DNA of 42,500 nucleotides from Candidatus Dormiibacterota bacterium (GTDB lineage Bacteria > Chloroflexota > Dormibacteria > Aeolococcales > Aeolococcaceae): the NCBI GenBank assembly GCA_035544475.1, contig DATKEY010000166.1:1-42500 (forward strand), in the 5' to 3' direction. The notes beneath the pieces are model-generated. The model was not told where the DNA came from and made no database searches. It saw only the letters and a list, made by a program, of their open reading frames with translations. Below are positions 7,995 through 16,621 of the stretch, one piece after another (positions within the stretch are counted from its first letter, which is position 1; each line of letters begins with the position of its first letter). A program made the translations under genes and the position numbers.

Positions 7995-9742
7995 GCTGCG
8001 ACGGGGGAGCGCCGCCGAGGGTCTGGGCACCCCGGGCGCGGAGCGTCGCCGTCGAGACGGAATCGGGCAGGCACCCGCTCGCCCGGGCGGGGGGCGGCTG
8101 GTGGGCAGGCGACGCTCCGCTGCCGCCCGGCACCGACTACCGCTTCTCCCTCGACGCCCACCCCGGGCTCCCCGACCCGCGGTCGCCGCTCCAGCCGGAG
8201 GGCGTCCACGGGCCGTCGCGCACCGTCGGAGCGGACGCTCACACCTGGACCGACGCGTCATGGACCGGCGCGGAGCTCGCGGGCGCCGTCATCTACGAGC
8301 TCCACGTCGGCACCTTCACGCCGGGGGGCACCTTCGACGCCGCCGTGGCGCGGCTCGGCCACCTCGTCGACCTCGGTGTCACCGCCGTGGAGATCATGCC
8401 CGTCGCCGAGTTCCCAGGCGATCACGGGTGGGGGTACGACGGCGTCGACCTCTACGCGCCGCATCACGCCTACGGCGGCCCGGACGGGTTGCGCCGCCTC
8501 GTCGACGCCTGCCACGCGCGCGGGCTCGCCGTGGTCCTCGACGTCGTCTACAACCACCTCGGTCCCGACGGCAACTACCTCGGCGCCTACGGTCCGTACT
8601 TCACCGACCGCTACCGCACCCCCTGGGGAGAGGCGATCAATCTCGACGGCGCCGACTCCGACGAGGTGCGCGGCTTCATCGTCGACAACGCGCTGACGTG
8701 GCTGCGCGACTTCCACGTCGACGGTCTGCGTCTCGATGCGGTCCACGCCATCGTCGACAGCTCGGCGGTCCACATCCTCGAGGAGCTGGCGACCCGGGTC
8801 CGCGCGCTGCAGGCCGAGCTCGGGCGGCGGCTGTGGCTGATCGCCGAGAGCGACCTCAACGACCCGCGGCTGATCCACGACGTCGAGCACGGCGGGTACG
8901 GGCTCGATGCGCAGTGGTGCGACGACCTCCACCACGCCCTGCACGCGGTGCTCACCGGCGAGCGCACCGGCTACTACCAGGACTTCGGCCGGCTCGAGGA
9001 CCTGGCCGCCGCGCTGCGCCGCGCGTACGTCTTCGACGGTCGATACTCCCGTTACCGGCGCCGGCGCTTCGGCCGCCCGGCCGGGGGGGTCGACTCCTCC
9101 CGGTTCGTCGTCTGCCTCCAGGACCACGACCAGGTCGGCAACCGCGCCGGGGGCGAGCGCAGCTCGGCGCTGATGAGCACCGGGCTGCTCGAGGTCGGGG
9201 CGGCGATCGTGCTCACCTCGCCCTTCGTCCCGATGCTCTTCCAGGGCGAGGAGTGGGGGGCGTCGACGCCCTTCCTCTACTTCACCGACCACACCGACCC
9301 GATGCTCGCCCGGGCGGTGAGCCAGGGCCGCAGGCGGGAGTTCGCCGCCTTCGGCTGGGACGAGTCCGCGGTGCCCGACCCCCAGGACGAGTCGACCTTC
9401 ACGCGCTCGCGGCTCGACTGGGACGAGCTCCCTCGCGAGCCCCACGCCCGGCTCCTCGCCTGGCACCGTGAGCTCATCGCCCTTCGCCACCGGCTGCCCC
9501 AACTGCGCGGGGGGCCGCTGGGCGCCGTGGAGGTGCGCTTCGACGAGGAGGCGCGCTGGCTGGTCACCGAGCGTGGCGGCGTCGCCGTCGCCGTCAACGT
9601 CGGCGCCCGACCGGCGCGGATCCCGTTCGGCCCGCGGGGGCCCGGCGACGTCCTGCTCGCCTCCGCCGGGGGGGCCGAGCGCTGCGGCGACGTCCTCGTC
9701 CTGCCCCCCGAGTCCGCCGCGGTGCTGGATCAGTCGATCTGA
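7991..9742 (+). CDS. treZ: Malto-oligosyltrehalose trehalohydrolase (GH13)
   Basis: GH13 motifs: LVVLDVVYNHLGP, GLRLDAVHAI, LIAESDLND, QDHDQVGNR. GTG 7991 overlaps the treY stop (GTGA) and is in frame with ORF 7814..9742. Confidence 0.9.
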   Translation: MSCDGGAPPRVWAPRARSVAVETESGRHPLARAGGGWWAGDAPLPPGTDYRFSLDAHPGLPDPRSPLQPEGVHGPSRTVGADAHTWTDASWTGAELAGAVIYELHVGTFTPGGTFDAAVARLGHLVDLGVTAVEIMPVAEFPGDHGWGYDGVDLYAPHHAYGGPDGLRRLVDACHARGLAVVLDVVYNHLGPDGNYLGAYGPYFTDRYRTPWGEAINLDGADSDEVRGFIVDNALTWLRDFHVDGLRLDAVHAIVDSSAVHILEELATRVRALQAELGRRLWLIAESDLNDPRLIHDVEHGGYGLDAQWCDDLHHALHAVLTGERTGYYQDFGRLEDLAAALRRAYVFDGRYSRYRRRRFGRPAGGVDSSRFVVCLQDHDQVGNRAGGERSSALMSTGLLEVGAAIVLTSPFVPMLFQGEEWGASTPFLYFTDHTDPMLARAVSQGRRREFAAFGWDESAVPDPQDESTFTRSRLDWDELPREPHARLLAWHRELIALRHRLPQLRGGPLGAVEVRFDEEARWLVTERGGVAVAVNVGARPARIPFGPRGPGDVLLASAGGAERCGDVLVLPPESAAVLDQSI

Positions 9743-9996
9743 AGCGGCTCCTCGGCGGCCCCGGCCGCGGTCGCGGCCTCGCACGCCCGCCGGAGGAGGG
9801 CGACGCGTGCATCGCGGTCGGTTCCGCTCGCGACCCGGCCGGCCAGCCAGGTGGCGAGCGGGGCGAACTGGCGCGCCCCGGAGCTGCGCGCGGCGGCGCC
9901 GGCGAGCTCGAGGATGAGCTGCGCCTCCTCGCGGTCGATGGCGGGCGGGTCACCCTCGCGGAGGCCGGCGGCGAAGCGGACGAGCCAGGAGTTCAT
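9730..9996 (-). CDS. Small conserved hypothetical protein (88 aa; DUF6457-like by recollection only)
   Basis: ATG at 9996 within the long spurious ORF 9730..11655(-). Sequence: MNSWLVRFAAGLREGDPPAIDREEAQLILELAGAAARSSGARQFAPLATWLAGR... High GC3. Convergent 13-nt overlap with treZ. Confidence 0.5.
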   Translation of the reverse strand: MNSWLVRFAAGLREGDPPAIDREEAQLILELAGAAARSSGARQFAPLATWLAGRVASGTDRDARVALLRRACEAATAAGAAEEPLQID

Positions 9997-10056
9997 GGCG
10001 GCCGAGGATAGCGGGGGGCTGCGCGCCCCGTGGCCCGGGCGGCACAATGCCCCGCC

Positions 10057-11121
10057 GTGGTGAGACCGGCGCCGTCCGACTCCCGCCGCCGTGGCCGCGC
10101 CGGCATGCCCGTCTTCCTGCTCGCCGCCGCGCTGCTGGCCGGCTGCGGAGGCGCCGGGGCGGCGACCGGGCCGCACACCGCGGCCCAGCCGGCGGCCGCG
10201 GCGGTCCCCGCCGACACGCCGACGCCCGAGCCGACGCCGACCCCGACCCCCCGCCCCGACGCGCTCCGCGACCCGGTCGTCGTCCAGGTCGAGAACTCGC
10301 CCGACGCGCGGCCGCAACGCGGGCTCGCCGAGGCGTCGATCCTCTACGAGTACAGCGCCGAGGGCGGCATCTCGCGATTCAGCGCCGTCTACTTCCACGT
10401 CCCGTCGGGCCAGGTCGGACCGGTGCGCAGCGCCCGGATCGCGACCATCCTCCTCAGCGGCTTCTACGACGCCGTGCTCGTGTACTCGGGCGCGTCCGAC
10501 TACATCGAGGCCCGTCTCGCCCAGTCCGGCGTCCGCCACTACAACGAGGACACCGCCTTCGGCGACCTCTTCCGGATCGGCAGCCGCTACCCGCCCCACA
10601 ACCTCTACACCGACGGCCGCCACATGGGCGACCTGCTGGCGCGGGTGGGCGACCCGGTCGCGAGCTATGCCCTCTGGCCGCGACCGGCCCCGGAGGCGCC
10701 GCTCCCGCCCTCGCTCCCGGTGCACACCGTCTCGGTGCCGATCTCGCCCTTCGAGCAGCCGGTCTTCACCTGGACCCCCGCCGCCGGCGGCTTCCTGCGC
10801 ACCGAGCCCCGCACCGGGCCGCTCGTCGACGCGGGCACCGGCGCGCCCCTGGTCGTGCCCACGCTCGTCGTGCTCCAGGTGCCGGTGAGGCCCGCGCCGG
10901 AGGTCGTCGACGTCAACGGGGTGATGGGCCTCGACCACGAGCTGCTGGGGAGCGGCCCGGCCCAGGTGTTCACCGGCGGACTCGCGTACACCGCCACCTG
11001 GCAGCAGGATCCCCACGGCCCGCCGAGGCTGCTGCTCCCCGACGGCACCCCGGCACCGATCGCCGCCGGCGAGGTCGCGGTCGAGCTGGTGCCGACCGGC
11101 AGCCCGGCCGTGGTGCGTTAG
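10057..11121 (+). CDS. DUF3048 (YerB-like) lipoprotein
   Basis: Signal/lipobox ...RRRGRAGMPVFLLAAALLAGC, a Pro/Thr linker, then VVVQVENSPDARPQRGLAEASILYEYSAEGGISRFSAVY, typical of DUF3048. Start is uncertain: GTG 10030, GTG 10057 or ATG 10105. Confidence 0.8.
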   Translation: MVRPAPSDSRRRGRAGMPVFLLAAALLAGCGGAGAATGPHTAAQPAAAAVPADTPTPEPTPTPTPRPDALRDPVVVQVENSPDARPQRGLAEASILYEYSAEGGISRFSAVYFHVPSGQVGPVRSARIATILLSGFYDAVLVYSGASDYIEARLAQSGVRHYNEDTAFGDLFRIGSRYPPHNLYTDGRHMGDLLARVGDPVASYALWPRPAPEAPLPPSLPVHTVSVPISPFEQPVFTWTPAAGGFLRTEPRTGPLVDAGTGAPLVVPTLVVLQVPVRPAPEVVDVNGVMGLDHELLGSGPAQVFTGGLAYTATWQQDPHGPPRLLLPDGTPAPIAAGEVAVELVPTGSPAVVR

Positions 11122-11906
11122 CGCCTCCGGAAGACGGGCTCGAGGATTCTGCGCACGGCGAACCGCGGGACCACGCGGACGGAGGTGGCGCCGGCGAGGT
11201 TGACCATGCCGGGAACGTGGATGACGTCGCCGCGGTCGAAGGCCTTGAGCGCGGTGCGCACCACCGTGTCCGCGGACATGAACAGCGGGCCCATGCGCTG
11301 GAAGTCCGCCTCGACGCCGGCGACGTCGCCGAACTCGGTCCGGGTCGGGCCGGGGCAGAGCGCCATCGCCCGCGCCCCGGTGCCGCGGAGCTCGGTCGCC
11401 ACCGCCTCGGTGAGGTGGAGGACGAAGGCCTTCGTCGCCGCGTAGGTGGCCATGTGCGGGATGGGCTGGAAGGCGGCGCTGCTGGCGACGTTGAGCACCC
11501 CGCCGGTGCGGGCGGCGATGCAGCCGGGGAGCGCCGCCCGCATCAGCTGGCGGACGGCGAGGACGTTGACGAGGACCTCCGCGTCCTCGCGTTTCGAGTC
11601 CTGCTCGGCGAAGTGTCCGCGGGTGCCGAAGCCGGCGTTGTTCACGAGCAGCCACGGGCCGCCCCGGGCGAGCCTCGCGACCACCCTGTTGCGGCCGGCC
11701 GCGGTCTCGAGGTCGGCGCCGAGCACCTCGACCGTCGTGCCCGAGCGCGGACGCAGCTCGCCGGCGAGGCGCTCCAGCCGGTCGACGCGCCGGGCGACGA
11801 GGACGAGCTCGTGACCGCGGGATGCGAGGCGGCGCGCGAAGGCCTCGCCGAGGCCGCTCGAGGCTCCGGTGACGAGGGCCGGGACGGAGCTGGGGACGGG
11901 CTGCAT
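11118..11906 (-). CDS. SDR-family oxidoreductase
   Basis: TGASSGLG cofactor motif, NNAG, and the YxxxK catalytic motif (YAATKAF). SD GGAGGAG lies upstream of ATG 11906. Confidence 0.9.
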   Translation of the reverse strand: MQPVPSSVPALVTGASSGLGEAFARRLASRGHELVLVARRVDRLERLAGELRPRSGTTVEVLGADLETAAGRNRVVARLARGGPWLLVNNAGFGTRGHFAEQDSKREDAEVLVNVLAVRQLMRAALPGCIAARTGGVLNVASSAAFQPIPHMATYAATKAFVLHLTEAVATELRGTGARAMALCPGPTRTEFGDVAGVEADFQRMGPLFMSADTVVRTALKAFDRGDVIHVPGMVNLAGATSVRVVPRFAVRRILEPVFRRR

Positions 11907-11981
11907 GGGGCTCCTCCTTCGACGCGTTCGGCCGGTTCTTGAAGGGCCGCGGGCTCAGTCGGCGCCAGCGGGGGGCTTTGA

Positions 11982-11987
11982 TAGGAT
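11982..11987 (+). promoter_or_regulatory. Putative -10 element (TAGGAT, TANNNT type), 9 nt upstream of the nuoA ATG; near-leaderless transcript
   Basis: TAGGAT-N9-ATG with no SD sequence in between. Pattern inference only. Confidence 0.25.
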
Positions 11988-11996
11988 GCGGGGCGC

Positions 11997-12353
11997 ATGC
12001 TCTCCGATTACGCGCCGATTCTGGTCTTTCTGGCGATCTGCGTCGTCTTCGGCGCGGGCGTCCAGGGGCTGAACTCCCTCGTCGGCCCGCGCAAGCCGTC
12101 CCCGGAGAAGGAGCTGCCCTACGAGTGCGGGATCATGCCCGTGGAGTCGGCGAGGCGGCGGTTCTCGGTCAGCTTCTACGTCACCGCCATGCTCTTCATC
12201 ATCTTCGACGTCGAGTCGATCTTCCTCTTCCCCTGGGCGACGGTGGTGCGCGACCTGAAGATCTTCGGACTGGTGGAGGTCGGCATCTTCATCTTCACCC
12301 TGCTCGCCGCGCTCGTCTATGTCTGGCGCAAGGGGGCGCTGCAGTGGGAGTGA
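11997..12353 (+). CDS. nuoA: NADH-quinone oxidoreductase subunit A
   Basis: 118 aa, 3 TM, with motifs YECG and [12 protein letters not shown]. Confidence 0.95.
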   Translation: MLSDYAPILVFLAICVVFGAGVQGLNSLVGPRKPSPEKELPYECGIMPVESARRRFSVSFYVTAMLFIIFDVESIFLFPWATVVRDLKIFGLVEVGIFIFTLLAALVYVWRKGALQWE

Positions 12354-12916
12354 GCGAGCCGCGGCCCGGGCTCGTGCTCCCCGGACTGCACCTCGCGCAG
12401 TCGGACTCCCCGGCGATTCCCATCCCCCGCACCGGTGAGCGTGAGCGCACCGCCGCTCAGGCGGGGATCATCACCACCACCATCGGCAAGCTGATCGCCT
12501 GGGGCCGGTACAGCTCGATCTGGCCGGCGCAGTTCGGGCTCGCGTGCTGCGCGATCGAGATGATGGCGGTGGCGAACAGCCGCTACGACATGGCGCGCTT
12601 CGGCGCCGAGGTCTTCCGCGCGTCGCCGCGGCAGGCGGACCTGATGATCGTCTCCGGTCGCGTCTCCCAGAAGATGGCGCCGGTGCTGCGCCAGATCTAC
12701 GACCAGATGCCCGAGCCCAAGTGGGTGATCAGCATGGGCGCGTGCGCCTCGTGCGGCGGGATGTTCAACAACTACGCGATCGTGCAGGGCGTCGACAAGG
12801 TGGTGCCGGTGGACGTCTACGTGCCCGGCTGCCCGCCCCGCCCCGAGGGGCTGCTCGACGCCGTGGTGAAGCTCCAGAAGAAGATCGCCGGCGAGCCGGC
12901 GTACCTGCGCGGGTAG
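12344..12916 (+). CDS. nuoB: NADH-quinone oxidoreductase subunit B
   Basis: [21 protein letters not shown] and GCPPRPE (N2 cluster ligands). GTG 12344 (or 12350) overlaps the nuoA end. N-terminal extension of about 45 aa. Confidence 0.92.
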   Translation: MGVSEPRPGLVLPGLHLAQSDSPAIPIPRTGERERTAAQAGIITTTIGKLIAWGRYSSIWPAQFGLACCAIEMMAVANSRYDMARFGAEVFRASPRQADLMIVSGRVSQKMAPVLRQIYDQMPEPKWVISMGACASCGGMFNNYAIVQGVDKVVPVDVYVPGCPPRPEGLLDAVVKLQKKIAGEPAYLRG

Positions 12917-12922
12917 ACCACC

Positions 12923-13507
12923 CTGACCACCACCCCCGACTCCGCCGCGGCGGCCCGTCCGCTCGCCGGAGCGCGCGCCGCCCAGCTGCTCGCCGCGAAG
13001 CTCCCCGCCGCCGTCGTCCGCCGTGAGGAGGGCTGCGGCGAGGAGACGGTGGTGATCCACCGCGAGCACCTCGTCGAGGCCTGCGCGCTGCTCCGCGACG
13101 ACGCCGACGGGCTCTACACGATGCCGGTGTTCGTGACCGCCGTCGACTGGCCTCACCGCGAGCCCGCCGCCCCACGCTTCGACGTCGTCTACCAGTTCCG
13201 CTCGCTCCACCACAACGACGTGTGCAGGCTGGTGGTGCAGGTGACCGAGGCGGACCCCACGGTGCCGACGCTCGAGGACGAGTTCTGCGGCATGGACTGG
13301 CACGAGCGCGAGTGCTACGACCTTCTCGGCATCGTCTTCGACGGCCACCACGACCTCCGCCGCATCCTCCTCCCCGACGACTGGGAGGGACACCCGCTGC
13401 GCAGGGACTACGTCTCCTTCGGCGAGCCGGTCGCCTTCACCCACAACATCGAGTGGGCTCTGCCCGCTGCGGAGCGGCCGCCGGGCATGCCGGGGTCGTC
13501 GCGCTGA
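12923..13507 (+). CDS. nuoC: NADH-quinone oxidoreductase subunit C (start uncertain: CTG 12923, or GTG 13049 giving a truncated N-terminus)
   Basis: ORF 13049..13507 carries DWHERECYDLLGIVFDGHHDLRRILLPDDWEGHPLRRDY. NuoC-like sequence continues in frame upstream to the nuoB TAG (…LAAKLPAAVVRREEGCGEETVVIHREHLVEACALLRDD). Confidence 0.85.
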   Translation: MTTTPDSAAAARPLAGARAAQLLAAKLPAAVVRREEGCGEETVVIHREHLVEACALLRDDADGLYTMPVFVTAVDWPHREPAAPRFDVVYQFRSLHHNDVCRLVVQVTEADPTVPTLEDEFCGMDWHERECYDLLGIVFDGHHDLRRILLPDDWEGHPLRRDYVSFGEPVAFTHNIEWALPAAERPPGMPGSSR

Positions 13508-14793
13508 TGGCGGCGGTGCTGCCGCCGCCGGGCGGCCTCCCCGAGGGCGACGAGGACCCGTTCTCCGAGGGACGGCGCCGGCTCGGCGTCCCCGCCGACC
13601 TCGACACCGTCGAGCTGACCGAGATCGGCGAGGACACCATGGAGCTCAACATGGGTCCCCAGCACCCCTCGACCCACGGGGTGCTGCGCCTGGTCCTGGA
13701 TCTCGACGGCGAGGTGGTGCGCGCCTGCCGGCCCGACATCGGCTTCCTCCACACCGGCTTCGAGAAGGACTTCGAACGCCACACGTACCAGCAGTGCATC
13801 CCCTACAGCGACCGCATGGACTACCTGGCGCCGCTGATCAACAACCTCGGGTTCTCGCTCGCCGCCGAGAAGCTGCTGGGGGTGGAGGTGCCGCCACGGG
13901 GTCAGTACCTGCGGGTGATCATGTGCGAGCTGGCGCGGATCGGCAGCCACCTCGTCTGGTTCGGCACCCACGCGCTCGACATGGGCGCGACGACGCCCTT
14001 CCTCTACGCGTGGCGCGAGCGCGAGACCATCCTCGACATCAACGAGCTGGTGAGCGGGGTGCGGATGCACACCTCGTACATCCGCGTCGGCGGGCTGATG
14101 GCGGACGTGCCCGACGAGTTCGAGGCCATGGTCCGCAACGTCGTACACACCTTCCCCAAGGCGATCGACGAGTACGAGCTGCTGATCACCAAGAACCCGA
14201 TCTGGCGGGAGCGCACGGTGGGGCTCGGGAAGATCAGTGCCGAGGACGCCCTCGCCTACGGGATGTCCGGGCCGTCGCTGCGCGGCTCCGGCGTCGCCTA
14301 CGACCTGCGCAAGGCGCAGCCGTACAGCTCGTACGACCACTTCGAGTTCGACATCCCGGTCGGCACCAACGGCGACGTGTACGACCGCTACCTGTGCCGG
14401 ATGCGGGAGATGCGCGAGTCGCTCCGGATCATCGAGCAGGCCCTCGAGAAGCTTCCCTCGGGCCCGGTGAACACCCTCGACCGCAAGGTGACACAGCCGC
14501 CGCGCAACGAGATCAACACCAGCATGGAGTCGTTGATCCGCCACTTCAAGCTGGTGACCGAGGGGTTCCACGTGCCTCGCGGGCACGCCTACCACGCGGT
14601 CGAGTCGCCGCGCGGTGAGCTGGGGTTCTACATGGTCAGCGACGGCGGCAACCGGCCCTATCGCGTCAAGGTGCGCGCCCCCTCCTTCAGCAACCTCAGC
14701 GCCCTCGCCTACATGGTGAAGGGCGAGCTCATCGCCGACGTCGTGGCGGTGATCGGCTCCATCGACATCGTGCTCGGAGACGTCGACCGGTGA
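13507..14793 (+). CDS. nuoD: NADH-quinone oxidoreductase subunit D
   Basis: MELNMGPQHPSTHGVLRLVLDLDGE...RVKVRAPSFSNL...IGSIDIVLGDVDR. ATG 13507 overlaps the nuoC TGA. Confidence 0.95.
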   Translation: MAAVLPPPGGLPEGDEDPFSEGRRRLGVPADLDTVELTEIGEDTMELNMGPQHPSTHGVLRLVLDLDGEVVRACRPDIGFLHTGFEKDFERHTYQQCIPYSDRMDYLAPLINNLGFSLAAEKLLGVEVPPRGQYLRVIMCELARIGSHLVWFGTHALDMGATTPFLYAWRERETILDINELVSGVRMHTSYIRVGGLMADVPDEFEAMVRNVVHTFPKAIDEYELLITKNPIWRERTVGLGKISAEDALAYGMSGPSLRGSGVAYDLRKAQPYSSYDHFEFDIPVGTNGDVYDRYLCRMREMRESLRIIEQALEKLPSGPVNTLDRKVTQPPRNEINTSMESLIRHFKLVTEGFHVPRGHAYHAVESPRGELGFYMVSDGGNRPYRVKVRAPSFSNLSALAYMVKGELIADVVAVIGSIDIVLGDVDR

Positions 14794-15311
14794 TGCTCGC
14801 GGCCCAGACGCGGGCGGAGATCGAGCGCGCGCGCGACCGCTATCCGCAGCCGCGCTCGGCGATCCTGCCGTCGCTCTGGGCGGTGCAGCACGAGCTCGGC
14901 TGGCTGCCGCCCGAGGCGATGGCCGAGGTCGCCGAGATCCTCGGGCTCGCCCCGAGCGAGGTGCAGGCGGTCTCGACCTTCTACTCCATGTACTTCCAGC
15001 GGCCGCAGGGGCGGCACCACATCCTCGTCTGCATCAACGCCGCCTGCGCGCTGCGCGGCGCCGACGAGACCGTCGCCTACCTCGAGCGCCGCCTCGCGTG
15101 TCCGTCCGGGAGCACGACCGCCGACGGCATGTTCACCTGGGAGAGCACGATCGAGTGCCTCGGCGGCTGCGGCGGCGCCCCGATGATGCAGATCGACCAC
15201 CGCTTCGAGGAGAACCTCACCCCCGAGCGGATCGAGGAGATCCTCACCCGTGCCGCCGCCGAGCCCTCCGACCACCACGGTGCACCGCCCGCGGGCGGCG
15301 CGGCCGGGTAG
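14790..15311 (+). CDS. nuoE: NADH-quinone oxidoreductase subunit E
   Basis: 2Fe-2S ligand pattern VCINAACALRG...CLGGCGGAP. GTGATG start region overlaps the nuoD stop. Confidence 0.93.
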   Translation: MMLAAQTRAEIERARDRYPQPRSAILPSLWAVQHELGWLPPEAMAEVAEILGLAPSEVQAVSTFYSMYFQRPQGRHHILVCINAACALRGADETVAYLERRLACPSGSTTADGMFTWESTIECLGGCGGAPMMQIDHRFEENLTPERIEEILTRAAAEPSDHHGAPPAGGAAG

Positions 15312-15323
15312 GATCACGCGCCG

Positions 15324-16619
15324 ATGGCCGAGTACAAGCTGCTCACCAAGGACGTCGGCGTCGAGGGCATCCAGACCCTCCCTGTCTACGAACGCCGGGG
15401 CGGGTACCAGGCGCTGCGCACCGTGCTCGAGGGCAGCCCCGACGAGATCGTCGAGCAGGTGAAGACGAGCGGGCTGCGCGGCCGCGGAGGCGCCGGGTTC
15501 CCCACCGGGACGAAGTGGTCGTTCCTGCCCCGTGACGTCTTCCCCCGCTACCTCTGCATCAACGCCGACGAGTCCGAGCCGGGCTGCTTCAAGGACCGCT
15601 ACCTCATCGACGAGAACCCCCACCAGCTCATCGAGGGGATCCTCATCGCCGCGTACGCGCTCCAGGTGCAGCACGCCTTCCTCTACATCCGCGGCGAGTA
15701 CCGCGACCAGCGGCTGCTCCTCGAGCGCTGCGTCGCGGAGGCGCGCGCGAAGGGGTACGTCGGCGACCGCATCCTCGGCACCGACTTCGGCTGCGACATC
15801 ATCGTCCACGGCGGCGCCGGCGCCTACATCTGCGGCGAGGAGACCGCGCTCATCGACTCCCTCGAGGGCTGGCGCGGGCAGCCGCGGCTGAAGCCGCCCT
15901 TCCCCGCCGTCAAGGGCCTCTACGGCAGGCCGACCGTGGTCAACAATGTCGAGACCCTCAGCAACCTCCCCCACATCGTCACCCGCGGCGGGGAGTGGTT
16001 CAAGTCGCTCGGCACCGAGCGCAGCAGCGGCACCCGGGTGTGGTGCTGCTCGGGGCACATCGAGAAGCCCGGCTGCTACGAGATGGAGCTGGGGAAGCCG
16101 ATCCGCGAGCTCCTCGAGGACCATTGTGGCGGCATGTGGAAAGGCCGGTCTCTCAAGGCCTTCCAGCCCGGCGGTGGCTCGATGCAGGTGCTCCTCCCCG
16201 AGCACCTCGACCTCCCCCTCGACATGGATGCGGTGATGAAGGCGGGCTCCTCGCTCGGCGCCGGCGCGATGATGTTCATGGACGAGACGACGTGCCTCGT
16301 CGACGTCTCGCGGCGGCTGGTCGAGTTCTATCACCACGAGTCCTGCGGCAAGTGCGCGCCCTGTCGCGAGGGCACCTACTTCGAGACCCGGCTGATGAGC
16401 CGCCTCGAGGCGGGAGTTGCGACCCTCGACGAGCTCGCAACGCTCACCGACATCTGCTCCAACATGGACGGCAAGTGCTTCTGCCCGCTCGGGGACACGG
16501 CGACCTGGTTCGTGATGTCCGCGTACCGGGCGTTCCGCTCCGAGTTCGAGGCCCACTGCGGTGCCGGCGCCTGCCCGGTGACCGGCGCGCAGCGGCCGCT
16601 GCTCGCGGAGACCGCGTAG
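15324..16619 (+). CDS. nuoF: NADH-quinone oxidoreductase subunit F
   Basis: GLRGRGGAGFPTG (FMN/NADH site) and ESCGKCAPCREG (N3 cluster). Confidence 0.97.
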   Translation: MAEYKLLTKDVGVEGIQTLPVYERRGGYQALRTVLEGSPDEIVEQVKTSGLRGRGGAGFPTGTKWSFLPRDVFPRYLCINADESEPGCFKDRYLIDENPHQLIEGILIAAYALQVQHAFLYIRGEYRDQRLLLERCVAEARAKGYVGDRILGTDFGCDIIVHGGAGAYICGEETALIDSLEGWRGQPRLKPPFPAVKGLYGRPTVVNNVETLSNLPHIVTRGGEWFKSLGTERSSGTRVWCCSGHIEKPGCYEMELGKPIRELLEDHCGGMWKGRSLKAFQPGGGSMQVLLPEHLDLPLDMDAVMKAGSSLGAGAMMFMDETTCLVDVSRRLVEFYHHESCGKCAPCREGTYFETRLMSRLEAGVATLDELATLTDICSNMDGKCFCPLGDTATWFVMSAYRAFRSEFEAHCGAGACPVTGAQRPLLAETA

Positions 16620-16621
16620 AG

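Noticed and set aside
5256-8261. Very long antisense or alternative-frame ORFs: 5256..8261(-) 1001 aa, 186..1793(-), 9730..11655(-), 14709..16556(-), 16376..18310(-), 24723..26834(-), 30096..32372(-), 34729..37368(-), 37086..39515(-), 3877..6249(+), 10047..11942(+).
   Set aside because: Their translations are Arg/Pro/Gly/Ala-rich low-complexity strings with no recognisable domains. They lie opposite or out of frame to genes with clear family signatures. This is the expected artefact of stop-codon scarcity in very high-GC DNA.
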